64,000 nt of DNA from an uncultured Candidatus Saccharibacteria bacterium (GTDB taxonomy: Bacteria > Patescibacteriota > Minisyncoccia > Phycocordibacterales > UBA12079). This document shows positions 29,578 through 39,933 of the stretch, piece by piece; the first letter of the stretch is position 1; each line of letters opens with the position of its first letter. The DNA is taken from assembly GCA_964459145.1 (NCBI GenBank), contig CAYWKC010000001.1:40200-104199 (forward strand). The letters run 5' to 3'. The translations under genes were made by a program, and so were the position numbers. The notes beneath the pieces are model-generated. The model was not told the DNA's origin. It was given only the letters and a program-made list of their open reading frames with translations, and did no database searches.

Positions 29578-29782
29578 TGGTGCGCCGGGCAGGATTCGGT
29601 CACTCTCGTGGATATTTTTGTTCGCTTCGCTCCAAAAATATCTCACTTCATTGACCTCCACTCACTCGTATTTTTTCTTCACTGCGTTACGAAAAAATAT
29701 ACTCGTTCGGTTCGAATCCTGACTGTACGAAGTACAGTAAGAAAAAAAGCCTATCCAAACTGGATAGACCTTTTTCTCTTAG
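29578..29782 (-). repeat. tRNA-Tyr-linked module (inverted T-arm copy, two hairpins, direct copy of 3' end)
   Basis: 29579-29598 identical to 29783-29802; inverted T-arm copy at 29709-29721. Confidence 0.8.
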
Positions 29783-29784
29783 GG

Positions 29785-29867
29785 TGCGCCGGGCAGGATT
29801 CGAACCTGCGTAGCCGTAAGGCGCGAGTTTTACAGACTCGTGTAATTGACCGCTCTACCACCGACGC
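29785..29867 (-). tRNA. tRNA-Tyr(GTA)
   Basis: Cloverleaf; anticodon arm cgagt-ctGTAaa-actcg; long variable arm; GGTTCGAATCC. Confidence 0.95.
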
Positions 29868-29876
29868 ATATTTTAT

Positions 29877-32600
29877 TTATACCAGCACTTTTGCTTTTCT
29901 CTTCTTGCTTTGAGAATGATTCGTTGGAGAAATATTTTTCTTAGGGCTTTTCTGTTCTTTCTTAACTACAGAGAAACCCTTCTTTTTTCTGACAGTAAAA
30001 GTTAATTTATTATTCTCTACACCAATAGTTACAGAACCTCCTTGCATCATTCCCTGAGAAATCATCTGAGTAGCAATTGGAGTTAACACTTCATTCTGAA
30101 TAACTCTCTTCAAAGGTCTAGCCCCATATTGCGGATTATAGCCCTTTTTAACTAGATAGGAAAGAGCTGAATTAGTAATGGATAATGAAATATCCTTTCC
30201 TTTTAATCTCTTTTTGATTGAAGCTATTTGGATGTCAACAATTTCTCTGAGGGAATCTTCTCTTAAAATATCAAAGACGACAATATCATCTAAACGGTTT
30301 AAGAACTCTGGTCGGAAATAATCTTTCAGAGAATCCAAAACTTTTTGTTTGGTCTCTTCATATTGTTCTTCATTAGAATTATTATTGAACCCAATGGTCT
30401 CCATTTCATTCACATATTTAGAACCGATATTAGAAGTTAAAATAAGAATAGTGTTTTTAAAATTAGTCACTTTCCCCTTGGCATCAGTTAAAATACCATC
30501 ATCTAAAACTTGTAACAAAAGATTAAAAACTTCTGGGTGGGCTTTTTCAATTTCATCAAAAAGAATGATAGAATAAGGTCTATGGCGAACTGTTTCAGTC
30601 AAAGTTCCCCCTTCTTCATGACCAACATAGCCAGGTGGAGCTCCAATTAATTTGGAAACACTATGTTTTTCCATAAACTCTGACATATCTATTCTTATCA
30701 AAGCTTTCTCGTCGTTGAACATAATTTCAGCTAAACGTTTAGTCAACTCTGTTTTTCCTACTCCTGTAGGACCCAAAAACATAAAGGAGCCAATCGGTCG
30801 GTTAGGGTCTGAAATTCCCACACGAGACCTTTTAATGGCATCCGTTATTTTTTTAATAGCAACATCTTGTCCAATAACAACTTTTTTTAAGCCGTCTTCT
30901 AAACGTTTTAGTTTTTCTGTTTCTTCTTCCAGCATTCTAGTGATAGGTACCCCTGTCCAACGGCTGACCACATCAGCAATGTCTTCTGCTGTAATTTCTT
31001 CATTTAAAATCCGCCCAGTTCTTTTCAACTTTTTAAGGTGGTTGGTTTTTTCTTTTAATTCTTTCTCAGCCTGAGGAATTTCGGAATAACGAATTTCCGC
31101 TGTTCGACCCAAATCAGTCATGGCTTCACTTTGGTCAGACTCAATTCTTAATTGTTCTAAACTTTCTTTGATGGTTTTTATTTCGGCCAAAAGTTTCTTT
31201 TCATTATTCCACTTAATAGATAATTCTGAATTTTTTTCTTTGAGATCAGCAATTATTTTATCTATTTCTTTTAGGCGATCATTGTTTTTTGTTTTGGCTT
31301 CTTTTTTAAGCGCCTCTTTCTCAATTTCTAATCGTCGGATATTTCTGTCAGCTTCTTCTAAAACTGGTGGTTTATTTTCTAAAGAAATTTTAAGCGAAGA
31401 AGCTGATTCATCAATTAAATCAATGGCCTTATCTGGTAAAAATCTATCTGTAATGTAACGACTGGATAAATTAACTGCAGCGACAATGGCTTCATCAATA
31501 ATTTTGACTCCATGATAAAGTTCATATTTTTCTTTTAATCCTCTCAAAATAGCAATGGCATCTTCAATTGAGGGCTCGCTAACATAAACTGGTTGAAAAC
31601 GTCTTGTTAGAGCAGGGTCTTTTTCAATGTATCTTTGATATTCTCGCAAAGTGGTAGCTCCAATTGCTTGCAATTCTCCTCTCGCTAAAGCTGGTTTTAA
31701 CATATTAGAGGCATCCATAGAGCCATCAGCAGCTCCCGCTCCGACAATCGTGTGGATTTCGTCTATAAACAAAATAATTTTCCCCTCAGCTTGTTGAATT
31801 TCTTTTATAATAGATTTCAAACGGTCTTCAAATTCTCCGCGATATTTAGTCCCAGCTACCAATAAACCTAAATCCAAAGACACTAGTTTTTTATCTTTGA
31901 GAGAGTCTGGGATGTCGCCTTGAACAATACGCAAAGCTAAACCTTCGGCAATTGCTGTTTTTCCTACTCCAGCGTCCCCAATCAAAATGGGATTGTTTTT
32001 TGTTCGGCGAGACAAAATTTGGACAATTCGTCTAACTTCATTATCTCTCCCAATGACTGGATCTAATTTATTTTCATTAGCTAACTGGGTTAAATTTCTT
32101 GTAAATCTTGTTAAAGTTTTGTATTTTTTGGGTTTTTTAATGTTGGTGATTTTACCTTCTTTGATTTCTTGGAGAATGGTTTGGACATCTTCTTTTTTGA
32201 TATTAAATCTTGTCATTATTTCGTGAGTGTCTCCTGGAATATCAAATAAAGCTAAAAATAAATGTTCTACTGAAACAAAATCATCATTTAAGTCCTGTGC
32301 AATTGTAACTGATTTTTGTAAGACCTGTGCTAATTCAGGTGTTAAAAAGATTTGGTAAGAAGGCGTTAGGGTAGTAGTTTTTTCGGGGATTTCAATTAAT
32401 TCTAATAAAGTATCTGCTAAAAGAATAACATCTACATTTAATTTTTCTAAGATAGATATAACCACATTTTCTTCCTGAGTTAAGATTGCTGTAAAAAGGT
32501 GTAAATGATTAACATGATTTTGCCCACGTTCAATAGCTAACTCGTGAGAAAGACGAATAACTTCTTTAGCTTTAGTTGTAAAATTTTGGAAAGGAGGCAT
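29877..32600 (-). CDS. clpB: ATP-dependent chaperone ClpB (ClpB/C family)
   Basis: Two AAA modules ([16 protein letters not shown]), long middle coiled coil, GARPLKR. Confidence 0.93.
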   Translation of the reverse strand: MPPFQNFTTKAKEVIRLSHELAIERGQNHVNHLHLFTAILTQEENVVISILEKLNVDVILLADTLLELIEIPEKTTTLTPSYQIFLTPELAQVLQKSVTIAQDLNDDFVSVEHLFLALFDIPGDTHEIMTRFNIKKEDVQTILQEIKEGKITNIKKPKKYKTLTRFTRNLTQLANENKLDPVIGRDNEVRRIVQILSRRTKNNPILIGDAGVGKTAIAEGLALRIVQGDIPDSLKDKKLVSLDLGLLVAGTKYRGEFEDRLKSIIKEIQQAEGKIILFIDEIHTIVGAGAADGSMDASNMLKPALARGELQAIGATTLREYQRYIEKDPALTRRFQPVYVSEPSIEDAIAILRGLKEKYELYHGVKIIDEAIVAAVNLSSRYITDRFLPDKAIDLIDESASSLKISLENKPPVLEEADRNIRRLEIEKEALKKEAKTKNNDRLKEIDKIIADLKEKNSELSIKWNNEKKLLAEIKTIKESLEQLRIESDQSEAMTDLGRTAEIRYSEIPQAEKELKEKTNHLKKLKRTGRILNEEITAEDIADVVSRWTGVPITRMLEEETEKLKRLEDGLKKVVIGQDVAIKKITDAIKRSRVGISDPNRPIGSFMFLGPTGVGKTELTKRLAEIMFNDEKALIRIDMSEFMEKHSVSKLIGAPPGYVGHEEGGTLTETVRHRPYSIILFDEIEKAHPEVFNLLLQVLDDGILTDAKGKVTNFKNTILILTSNIGSKYVNEMETIGFNNNSNEEQYEETKQKVLDSLKDYFRPEFLNRLDDIVVFDILREDSLREIVDIQIASIKKRLKGKDISLSITNSALSYLVKKGYNPQYGARPLKRVIQNEVLTPIATQMISQGMMQGGSVTIGVENNKLTFTVRKKKGFSVVKKEQKSPKKNISPTNHSQSKKRKAKVLV

Positions 32601-32629
32601 AATTTAAAAATATTAGAGCAAAAGAAAAA

Positions 32630-33532
32630 TTATATTCCTTGACTGGAATTAATTGTTTCTGAATTGGTTTGATGAGGTTTGTCTAAATCTCGCTTGATTA
32701 GATTTACAGGAATGAAAAAACTTGATTTTGATTTGATTCCGATAACTTTTCCGTCCAAATCTATCAATAAACTCATGGGCAACTGCAAATCAAGGTTTGT
32801 TTCAATTTCAGTTGTCATAATTTTTAGCTCTGTTTTGGAACTTTCAATCGGTGGTTCACCAGTAGTTGCTACGAGTGATAATTTGTCTCTTTTTAAATTT
32901 GAAATAATCCCAGTTGAAGCAACATTGGATGTTTCTCCGCCCAAAGAAATAACTGATTGTCCTAATTTCAAAACATCAGAATCACCTAATTCAATGGGAG
33001 TAAAAATTAATTCTTCTTCTCCTAAAACTTCGGGACTAGGTGTTTGAATTTTTAATAAAGTTAGGTCATCATCCATTAAATTATTTTCAAAAGCTAACTT
33101 TAAATTTAAGTTACCGTCAGTAATAAAATAATTACCTTCTTTGGATAAACCTTTTCCATCTATTAGTATTTCATTCTCTTTAGAAATAATAACACCTAAG
33201 CTAATAAAATTAGCTTGGTCTTTTCCTTCTTTATCTTTGGTTAAACTAAAAACCCTGACCAATGAGCTTGAATTTTTTTCAATGGCTTTAATAACAAAGT
33301 CCTCATCACTAACAATAATAGTCTCTGTATTTTCAATAATAGTAGCTTTTTGCTCACCAGGGACAACTCGCTCCACTGTTTTTTCAATAACTTTGTGGAC
33401 TGTATCAGTTACAACTTTAGGAGCTTGGTTCATCAAGGAAACAGTCACAATACCCGTAGCAATAGAAGTGATAAAACTGATTAAGAGAGTTAAGAGGATT
33501 ATTTGAGTTTTGTTTAATTCTTCTATGTTCAT
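32630..33532 (-). CDS. Degenerate trypsin/HtrA-like membrane protein
   Basis: TM anchor, LGDSDVLKLGQSVISLG, LIDLDGKVIGI; catalytic His and GNSGG motifs absent. Confidence 0.7.
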   Translation of the reverse strand: MNIEELNKTQIILLTLLISFITSIATGIVTVSLMNQAPKVVTDTVHKVIEKTVERVVPGEQKATIIENTETIIVSDEDFVIKAIEKNSSSLVRVFSLTKDKEGKDQANFISLGVIISKENEILIDGKGLSKEGNYFITDGNLNLKLAFENNLMDDDLTLLKIQTPSPEVLGEEELIFTPIELGDSDVLKLGQSVISLGGETSNVASTGIISNLKRDKLSLVATTGEPPIESSKTELKIMTTEIETNLDLQLPMSLLIDLDGKVIGIKSKSSFFIPVNLIKRDLDKPHQTNSETINSSQGI

Positions 33533-33661
33533 AAATTTAGTGATTAAGATTTAGGTGTTAGGAGTTAGGAGAGGAAAAATCGCTTTGCGATTTTTCCTCT
33601 AAAACCTAAATAACTAACCTCTGAATACCTACTTGATATTATAGACAAAAAAGTTATAAAA

Positions 33662-34831
33662 TCAAATTGAACAAATTTTAATTAAACATTTAATTAAATA
33701 ATCAATATTTTTTTTGGTAGTGGATTTTCCCATCGTAAAACGGATTGAACCTTTATCTCGATTTTCTCTATTTCCTAATGAGTTAACCACATAAGAAGTT
33801 TTCCCTGTTAAACAAGCTGATTTAGTAGAACAAGCAATTCCCAGTTGGTCTAATTGAATGATCATAAATTCATTATTCTTGTTAGGAAAAAAAATATTGG
33901 CATTATTAGCTAACCTTTGGTTAAGGTTGCCGTTTAGTTTGGTGCCTGGAATTTTTTCTAAAATTTTCTTAATAAAATAATTTCTCAATTTTATTAATCG
34001 TTGGCTTTCTCTTTTCTTGTCTTGTTCTGCCATTTCCAAAGCTTTAGCGAAACCAACAACGAGAGGTGTATTTTCGGTTCCCGGTCGAAGACCACTCTCT
34101 TGGCCTCCTCCCATAATCAAAGGATTAATTTCAATATTTTTTTTCACAAAAAGAATTCCTACTCCTTTCGGTCCATATATTTTTTGAGCATCAAAACTTA
34201 TCATATCGATATTTAATTTTTGAATATCAATAGGTAAAAACAATAAAGCTTGAGCTGCGTCGCTATGAAAAATTGGAAAGGCTGAGGATTGTGGTTGTCG
34301 TCTTTTAAAATTTTGTATGATTTTTACTATTTCTTCTATTGGCTGAATAGTCCCGATTTCATTATTTACGAACATAATTGAAATTAGAACTATCTTAGAT
34401 GTGATTATTTTTTTTAACTGTTCAAGATCAACTATCCCCTCTTGGTTAATGTCTAAATAATCAACCTGAGCGCCTTTTTCTTCAAAATATTTAAAACACT
34501 GTAAAACTGAAGGATGTTCAAAAACAGTGGTAATTAAGTGCATTTCTTTAACTTGTTGTCCTGCTTCAATTAATTTATTAAGAATACCAAAGATAGCTAG
34601 ATTATTTGCTTCTGTCCCCCCTGAAGTAAAAATCAATTCTTCGGATTGAGCATTTACAAGTTTGGCTATTTTTTTTCGAGATTCAGTCAAGGCCTGTTTT
34701 GCTATGATTCCTTCAGTATGATTGGCTCCTGCATTTCCGAAATCAACATTCCAAAATCTTTCCATGGCTTTTTTAACCTCTTTCCTCACAGGAGTGGCAG
34801 CAGCGTGGTCTAAATAGATTCTTTTTTTCAT
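33662..34831 (-). CDS. Cysteine desulfurase (IscS/NifS family)
   Basis: IYLDHAAATP, FTSGGTEANN, NNEIGTIQP, QKIYGPKG, STKSAC. Confidence 0.93.
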   Translation of the reverse strand: MKKRIYLDHAAATPVRKEVKKAMERFWNVDFGNAGANHTEGIIAKQALTESRKKIAKLVNAQSEELIFTSGGTEANNLAIFGILNKLIEAGQQVKEMHLITTVFEHPSVLQCFKYFEEKGAQVDYLDINQEGIVDLEQLKKIITSKIVLISIMFVNNEIGTIQPIEEIVKIIQNFKRRQPQSSAFPIFHSDAAQALLFLPIDIQKLNIDMISFDAQKIYGPKGVGILFVKKNIEINPLIMGGGQESGLRPGTENTPLVVGFAKALEMAEQDKKRESQRLIKLRNYFIKKILEKIPGTKLNGNLNQRLANNANIFFPNKNNEFMIIQLDQLGIACSTKSACLTGKTSYVVNSLGNRENRDKGSIRFTMGKSTTKKNIDYLIKCLIKICSI

Positions 34832-34899
34832 TAATCGTTATTTTACTATGGTTTTTCTAAATTGCAAAAAAGTGTTTGTAGTGTATAATTTTTGGTATT

Positions 34900-35367
34900 A
34901 TGACTTTTACTTTAGAAGAGCTAGCTTTATATGTTCTTGTCGGGGTTAACATCCTTTTTGTTCTGTGGTTAACAAGATTAGAAGTAAAAAGTAAAGATAT
35001 TAATTTAATTAGAGATAAGAAAGGATTACGAAATAAAATTGATTCTATTGAAAACAAGATTGAAGAATTACAACAATTTGGAAATGAAACTATAGATAAA
35101 CTGGATGTTTTAGAGAATAAGTTGAAAAATAGTATTCAAAATATAGAGATTGTAAGATTTAATCCTTTTAAAAAAGATGGAGTCGGTGGGGATCAAAGCT
35201 TTGCGACAACTTTTTTGAATAAAAAAGGAAAAGGAATAGTGATGTCTAGTTTATATACTAGAGATAAAGTTAGTATCTTTGCTAAACCCATTGAAAATTG
35301 GCAGTCAAAATATGAACTTTCTGAAGAGGAAACCAAAGTTCTAAATGAGACCAAAAATTCTCTTTAA
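34900..35367 (+). CDS. DUF4446-like membrane-anchored protein
   Basis: TM plus coiled coil; VRFNPF..GGDQSF, FAKP, YELSEEE. Confidence 0.75.
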   Translation: MTFTLEELALYVLVGVNILFVLWLTRLEVKSKDINLIRDKKGLRNKIDSIENKIEELQQFGNETIDKLDVLENKLKNSIQNIEIVRFNPFKKDGVGGDQSFATTFLNKKGKGIVMSSLYTRDKVSIFAKPIENWQSKYELSEEETKVLNETKNSL

Positions 35368-35371
35368 AATT

Positions 35372-36895
35372 ATGAGTAAAAAAATCAGGGAAAATTTAAT
35401 AGAAAGACCGCCAGTTGTTGTTGTCATGGGGCATATTGACCACGGAAAATCAACCTTGTTGGATTTCATCAGGAAAACCAATGTCGTTGAAAATGAGGCC
35501 GGGAGTATTACTCAGCATATTTCTGCTTATGAAGTTCTTTATGAAAAAAATAAAAAAGAAAAGAAAAAAATTACTTTTATTGATACTCCTGGACATGCTG
35601 CTTTTTCAAACGTCCGTGCTACTGGAGTCTGTTTGGCTGATATAGCCATTTTAATAATTTCAGCCGAAGATGGAGTTAAACCTCAAACAATTGAAGCCTA
35701 TAAAAGTATTCAGGAATCTAACATTCCAGTGGTGGTAGCTATCAATAAAATTGACAAACAAAATGCAAATGTTGAAAAAATTAAACAAGAATTATTAGAA
35801 AACGAAATTTTTCTTGAAGGGTTAGGTGGAAATATTCCGTTTAATATGATTTCAGCCAAAACAGGACAAGGTGTTTCTGAGCTTTTGGAGACAGTGCTTT
35901 TGGTAGCTGATATGGAGGAATTAACAGGTAATCAAGGCGAACCAGCAAGTGGTTTTGTCTTGGAATCAAAAATTAATACTCAAAAAGGAACAGAAATTAC
36001 GGCTATAATAAAAAATGGAAGAATGAAAAAAGGTGATTTTATTGTGATAAACAATAAAGTAAGTCCAATTAGAGGGTTAGAAAATGTTTTAGGAGAACCT
36101 ATTAATGAGGCTACTTTTTCAAATCCAATTAAATTGATTGGAATTAAAGCGGTTCCCGAAACAGGAACCAGTTTTGTAACTTTTCTATCAAAAAAAGAAG
36201 CCGAAAACTTTATTAGTAATCAAGTAAATAAATCAGATGTTTTAACCAAAAGATTTTCTCAAAAAATAAACACTTCTGACAATGAAGAAAAAACAAAAAT
36301 TTTAATAATAATTAAGGCTGATGTTTCTGGAACAATTGATGCCATTCAACAAGAAATAAAAAAGATTGAACAAGAAAGAGCTGACATTCAAATCATTTCA
36401 GCTGGAGTGGGAGATATAAACGAGAACGATATAAAATTAGCTGGGAATAAGGGAGATGTTTTAATCGTTGGTTTTAATGTAAAAATTAATCAACAAATAA
36501 AAAGTCTAGCGGAAAGATCAAATATTAAAATTGTTATTGTTGATGTCATTTATAAATTGACGGAATGGTTAGAAGAAAACATTAAAAACCTTATTCCTAA
36601 AATAAAAGTAGAGGAACAAACTGGTTCAGCTAAAATTATGAAACTCTTTAGTAAATCTAAAGACGGACAAATAATCGGAGGAAAGGTAAAAGAGGGTAAG
36701 ATAATATTATCTTCTGATGTAAAGATTTTGAGAAGAGATTATGAAATTGGAAAAGGGATAATTATTAATCTTCAAAAACAGAAAATTCAAGTTAAAGAAG
36801 TAAGTGAGGGAGATGAATTTGGAATGAATTTAAAATCAAAAATCGATGTTGCTTCTGGTGACGTTCTCTCAGCTTACAAAATTATTGAAAAATAA
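35372..36895 (+). CDS. infB: Translation initiation factor IF-2 (short form without N-terminal domain)
   Basis: RPPVVVVMGHIDHGKST, DTPGHAAF, NKID, IKADVSG. Confidence 0.96.
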   Translation: MSKKIRENLIERPPVVVVMGHIDHGKSTLLDFIRKTNVVENEAGSITQHISAYEVLYEKNKKEKKKITFIDTPGHAAFSNVRATGVCLADIAILIISAEDGVKPQTIEAYKSIQESNIPVVVAINKIDKQNANVEKIKQELLENEIFLEGLGGNIPFNMISAKTGQGVSELLETVLLVADMEELTGNQGEPASGFVLESKINTQKGTEITAIIKNGRMKKGDFIVINNKVSPIRGLENVLGEPINEATFSNPIKLIGIKAVPETGTSFVTFLSKKEAENFISNQVNKSDVLTKRFSQKINTSDNEEKTKILIIIKADVSGTIDAIQQEIKKIEQERADIQIISAGVGDINENDIKLAGNKGDVLIVGFNVKINQQIKSLAERSNIKIVIVDVIYKLTEWLEENIKNLIPKIKVEEQTGSAKIMKLFSKSKDGQIIGGKVKEGKIILSSDVKILRRDYEIGKGIIINLQKQKIQVKEVSEGDEFGMNLKSKIDVASGDVLSAYKIIEK

Positions 36896-36900
36896 AAACA

Positions 36901-37224
36901 ATGACATTGAGACAAGAAAAAGTACGAGAAAATATTAAAAACTTAGCTGCTCAATTTTTGGAAAAAGAATCGAATAGAACTTCCCTAATTACAATAACTG
37001 ATGCTGATGTTTCTAAGGACCTTAAGCAGGCAACAATTTTTATAACAGTTTTGCCAACCTCAAACGAACAATCCGCTTTAGATTTTGTTAAACGACAAAG
37101 AAGCGATTTTAGACATTTCCTTCAATCTAAACTTAAAATGAAATTTACTCCTTTCCTTGATTTTGCAATAGATGAAGGTGAAAAAAATCGCCAAAGAATT
37201 GACGAATTGTCTCAAGATTTGTAG
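36901..37224 (+). CDS. rbfA: Ribosome-binding factor A
   Basis: Follows infB; ITITDADVSKDLKQA, KFTPFLDFAID. Confidence 0.92.
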   Translation: MTLRQEKVRENIKNLAAQFLEKESNRTSLITITDADVSKDLKQATIFITVLPTSNEQSALDFVKRQRSDFRHFLQSKLKMKFTPFLDFAIDEGEKNRQRIDELSQDL

Positions 37225-37244
37225 ACTATAAGAAGTTTAAAAAA

Positions 37245-37316
37245 GGCCTGGTGGCGAAGTAGAAACGCTTCGGTCTGCAAAACCGACATGCGCGGGTGCG
37301 ATTCCCGCCCAGGCCT
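37245..37316 (+). tRNA. tRNA-Cys(GCA)
   Basis: Acceptor ggcctgg/ccaggcc, anticodon arm tcggt-ctGCAaa-accga, U73. Confidence 0.93.
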
Positions 37317-37318
37317 CA

Positions 37319-37511
37319 AGTAAAATAATTAGGAAATTCTTTTCTTCATTATTTTACTTTGGAGGTTCTGGTAGGAATCGCACGGTGGTAGGAAAAAGTC
37401 CCGTGGACTTTTTCCGAGTCGCGACCAGCAGTACTTTAGTTTTTCAAGTTTGAGTTTACGAAAACTAAGAAAAACTTTAGTAACTGTGGATCGATTCCCG
37501 CCCAGGCCTCA
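37319..37511 (+). repeat. tRNA-Cys-linked module
   Basis: 37492-37511 identical to 37299-37318; inverted copy of 3' end at 37360-37383. Confidence 0.8.
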
Positions 37512-37524
37512 GGAAAAATAAAAT

Positions 37525-37606
37525 GCCTGGGTGGCGGAATTGGTATACGCGCACGACTTAAAATCGTGTCTTTCACGAGATGCGGGTTCGACTCCCGCCC
37601 CAGGCA
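37525..37606 (+). tRNA. tRNA-Leu(TAA)
   Basis: cacga-ctTAAaa-tcgtg, long variable arm, GGTTCGACTCC. Confidence 0.95.
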
Positions 37607-37627
37607 CAAAAAAGAAATAAACGATAT

Positions 37628-37700
37628 CCGCCCATAGCTTAGCTGGTAAAGCAGTCGGCTCTTAACCGAAAGACCGTAGGTTCGAATCCTACTGGGCGGA
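37628..37700 (+). tRNA. tRNA-Lys(CTT)
   Basis: ccgccca/tgggcgg acceptor, tcgg-ctCTTaa-ccga, GGTTCGAATCC. Confidence 0.93.
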
Positions 37701-37871
37701 CAAATGTAGCGAAGCGGAATTTGTTAACCTAAGGCAAAAAAGATATTTAGTATTTAGTAATAGCAAAACAAACCTAACAGATAGGACCATTTGTTGATAA
37801 TATTTTACCATTGTTATATACTTTTAGTAGTTTGTAAATATTGAAAACCTAAAAAACAAAAGGAGGTTGTT

Positions 37872-38342
37872 ATGGAAATACCCACTAATATTAAAAAGGA
37901 AATTTCCTTAATTGAAAAGGGTAAGAGGCTGAAAAAGAGAAGGGTTGAACAGAAAATCCCCTATTCTCAATTGCTTTCCCTCGCGAAAAATAATTTAACA
38001 TTTCTTGATAGAATTGCTAATGCCGAGCCCATCCTCTCTTTTCTTCGCAAAAATTCAAGACGAATATTAATTGTTAACTGGTTTAACTCTACTTACCCAC
38101 AGCATAATTCACGAGATAACTTAGGGCGGCTGATTCTAACAGTTATAAACGAAAAGGCATCCCTCTATGATTGGATTGACGCTGACTACCCTGCGAATAG
38201 AAGTAATCGAGACTATACATTGGTTACCGAGAAGGAATTAGAAAAATGGCACCCCAAGAGTCTTGAACGATTTGCTCTTCTTACAGAAAAAGCCGTCTGG
38301 AAAAATATTTTTCAAAAGCTAAGGATTATGAGAAGTTATTAA
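37872..38342 (+). CDS. Hypothetical ORFan with own promoter, SD and terminator
   Basis: TTGATA(37794)-17-TATACT, AGGAGGT at 37861, hairpin 38358-38397. Confidence 0.6.
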   Translation: MEIPTNIKKEISLIEKGKRLKKRRVEQKIPYSQLLSLAKNNLTFLDRIANAEPILSFLRKNSRRILIVNWFNSTYPQHNSRDNLGRLILTVINEKASLYDWIDADYPANRSNRDYTLVTEKELEKWHPKSLERFALLTEKAVWKNIFQKLRIMRSY

Positions 38343-38500
38343 ATTTTAGTTTTCAAAAATCCCCTGTTTTGCCCCTTTGGGGCTTAACAGGGGATTTTCA
38401 TTAAAAACCTCTTGATTATAATCAGAATATTCTATATAATACTCACATGTCACCACAGCCCTATTTTTTTGTCAGATAATTTAATTAGGGTTTCAAAAAT

Positions 38501-38659
38501 ATGTCACAAGATAATTTAATTAAAATGACTTGCCAAGATTGTAAAAGAAACAATTACTGGACAAGAAAAAACAAAAAAGGAGTAGAACGAAAATTGGAAT
38601 TCAAGAAATTTTGTAAGTGGTGCAGAAAGCACGTTATGCATAAAGAAACCAAGAAATAA
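38501..38659 (+). CDS. rpmG: 50S ribosomal protein L33 (below ORF-track cutoff)
   Basis: MSQDNLIKMTCQDCKRNNYWTRKNKKGVERKLEFKKFCKWCRKHVMHKETKK, zinc-binding form. Confidence 0.95.
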   Translation: MSQDNLIKMTCQDCKRNNYWTRKNKKGVERKLEFKKFCKWCRKHVMHKETKK

Positions 38660-38739
38660 AAGTTAAAAAAGTCGCCATGCGACTTTTTTTAGTGCTTTTA
38701 GCTTTTAATTTGGATATAATTAACTTATACTATTTTTAT

Positions 38740-38811
38740 GGGTCTATAGTTTAGTTGGTAAAACAGCGGTCTCCAAAACCGCCATCCGAGGTTCGAGTCC
38801 TCGTGGACCCG
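38740..38811 (+). tRNA. tRNA-Trp(CCA)
   Basis: gcggt-ctCCAaa-accgc, GGTTCGAGTCC, G73. Confidence 0.95.
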
Positions 38812-38999
38812 CAATAATAAAAATCATTAAATTTTATATTGGGTGATTTTTGTTATTTATGATTTTGACAGGGCTCGAACGGTAATAGGAAAAGTGCTAA
38901 ACGCACTTTTCCGAGCCACGGCCAGCAGTACTTAGCAGATTTTGAGCGAAGCGAAAAAAGATGTTTAGTAATTGTGGGTCGAATTCTCGTGGACCCGCA
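38812..38999 (+). repeat. tRNA-Trp-linked module
   Basis: ctcgtggacccgca at 38800-38813 repeated at 38986-38999; inverted T-arm remnant near 38869-38880; core homologous to the Cys module. Confidence 0.8.
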
Positions 39000-39000
39000 T

Positions 39001-39930
39001 ATGAATACCCAAACTAAATTACTTGATAAAAATTTTCACCCTTGTGTAATAAATGCTTCAGGAGTAAAGGATACTACTTTTGAAGAATTAGAATCTTTAG
39101 CAAAAAGTGATTCTGGTGCGATTGTGATGAAAACTTGCACTCTTGAACCAAGAAAAGGTAACTCCGAACCTCGTTGCTCCACTACCCCCTTTGGTTTAAT
39201 TCAAAGTATGGGTTGGCCTAATTTAGGTTATAAAAAATATATTGAATTTGCAGAAAAAATAAAAGAAAAATATGATAAACCAATAATTGCTAGTATTGGT
39301 GGATTTTCAACAGAGGATTATAAAAAGATGACGTTAGCTTTTCAAAACAGCAAGGTCGATCTGATTGAAATTAGTCTCTCCTGTCCTAACTTAGAAGGAC
39401 ACCCTCAAATTGGATATGACTTTGGTGAAACAGAAAAATTATTATCACAATTAATTAATTTAGGAAAAAAGCCAATCGGTCTAAAATTACCTGCTTATCT
39501 TGATTCAATTTTGCAAGAAAAAATGGCGAGGATAATTCTAAAATATAAGATCTCTTTCATCACCTGTATCAATTCTTTGGGTAATAGCTTAATCATTGAC
39601 TCCCAGTCAGAAAAACCACTAATTAAACCAAGAAATGGAAGTGGTGGGTTGTCTGGAGATTATATAAAACCAGTAGCCTTAGGTAATATTTGTGGTTTTT
39701 ATAATCTTCTGAAAGACAAAGTATTTATTTTTGGAGTAGGAGGAATTAAAACAGGAAAAGACGCTTTTGAATTTTTTTTAGCTGGGGCAAATGCCGTTCA
39801 AATTGGAACTACTTTTGAAAAAGAAGGGGTTTCTTGCTTTGGGAGAATTAATAAAGAGCTAAAAGAAATTTTAGAAAGAAAGGGATATAAAAATATTCAA
39901 GAGGCAATAGGCAATCTAAAATTTCTTTAA
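39001..39930 (+). CDS. pyrD: Dihydroorotate dehydrogenase family 1 (class 1A-like)
   Basis: INASG, MKTCTLEPRKGN, SCPN, CINSLGN, GGLSG, GVGGI, VQIGT; true start 39001. Confidence 0.9.
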   Translation: MNTQTKLLDKNFHPCVINASGVKDTTFEELESLAKSDSGAIVMKTCTLEPRKGNSEPRCSTTPFGLIQSMGWPNLGYKKYIEFAEKIKEKYDKPIIASIGGFSTEDYKKMTLAFQNSKVDLIEISLSCPNLEGHPQIGYDFGETEKLLSQLINLGKKPIGLKLPAYLDSILQEKMARIILKYKISFITCINSLGNSLIIDSQSEKPLIKPRNGSGGLSGDYIKPVALGNICGFYNLLKDKVFIFGVGGIKTGKDAFEFFLAGANAVQIGTTFEKEGVSCFGRINKELKEILERKGYKNIQEAIGNLKFL

Positions 39931-39933
39931 TTT

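Noticed and set aside
29578-29802. tRNA 3' duplications as prophage attL/attR or tRNA introns
   Set aside because: Only ~200 bp enclosed, no integrase, each tRNA is intact, and the inverted copy is unexplained by simple integration.
29608-29913. 101-aa ORF (also 46143-46325 and the 38974 start of pyrD)
   Set aside because: These read through tRNAs or tRNA-linked modules.
30349-33506. Many antisense ORFs over clpB and the HtrA-like gene (similar ones over other genes)
   Set aside because: Shadow frames of well-supported genes on the opposite strand.
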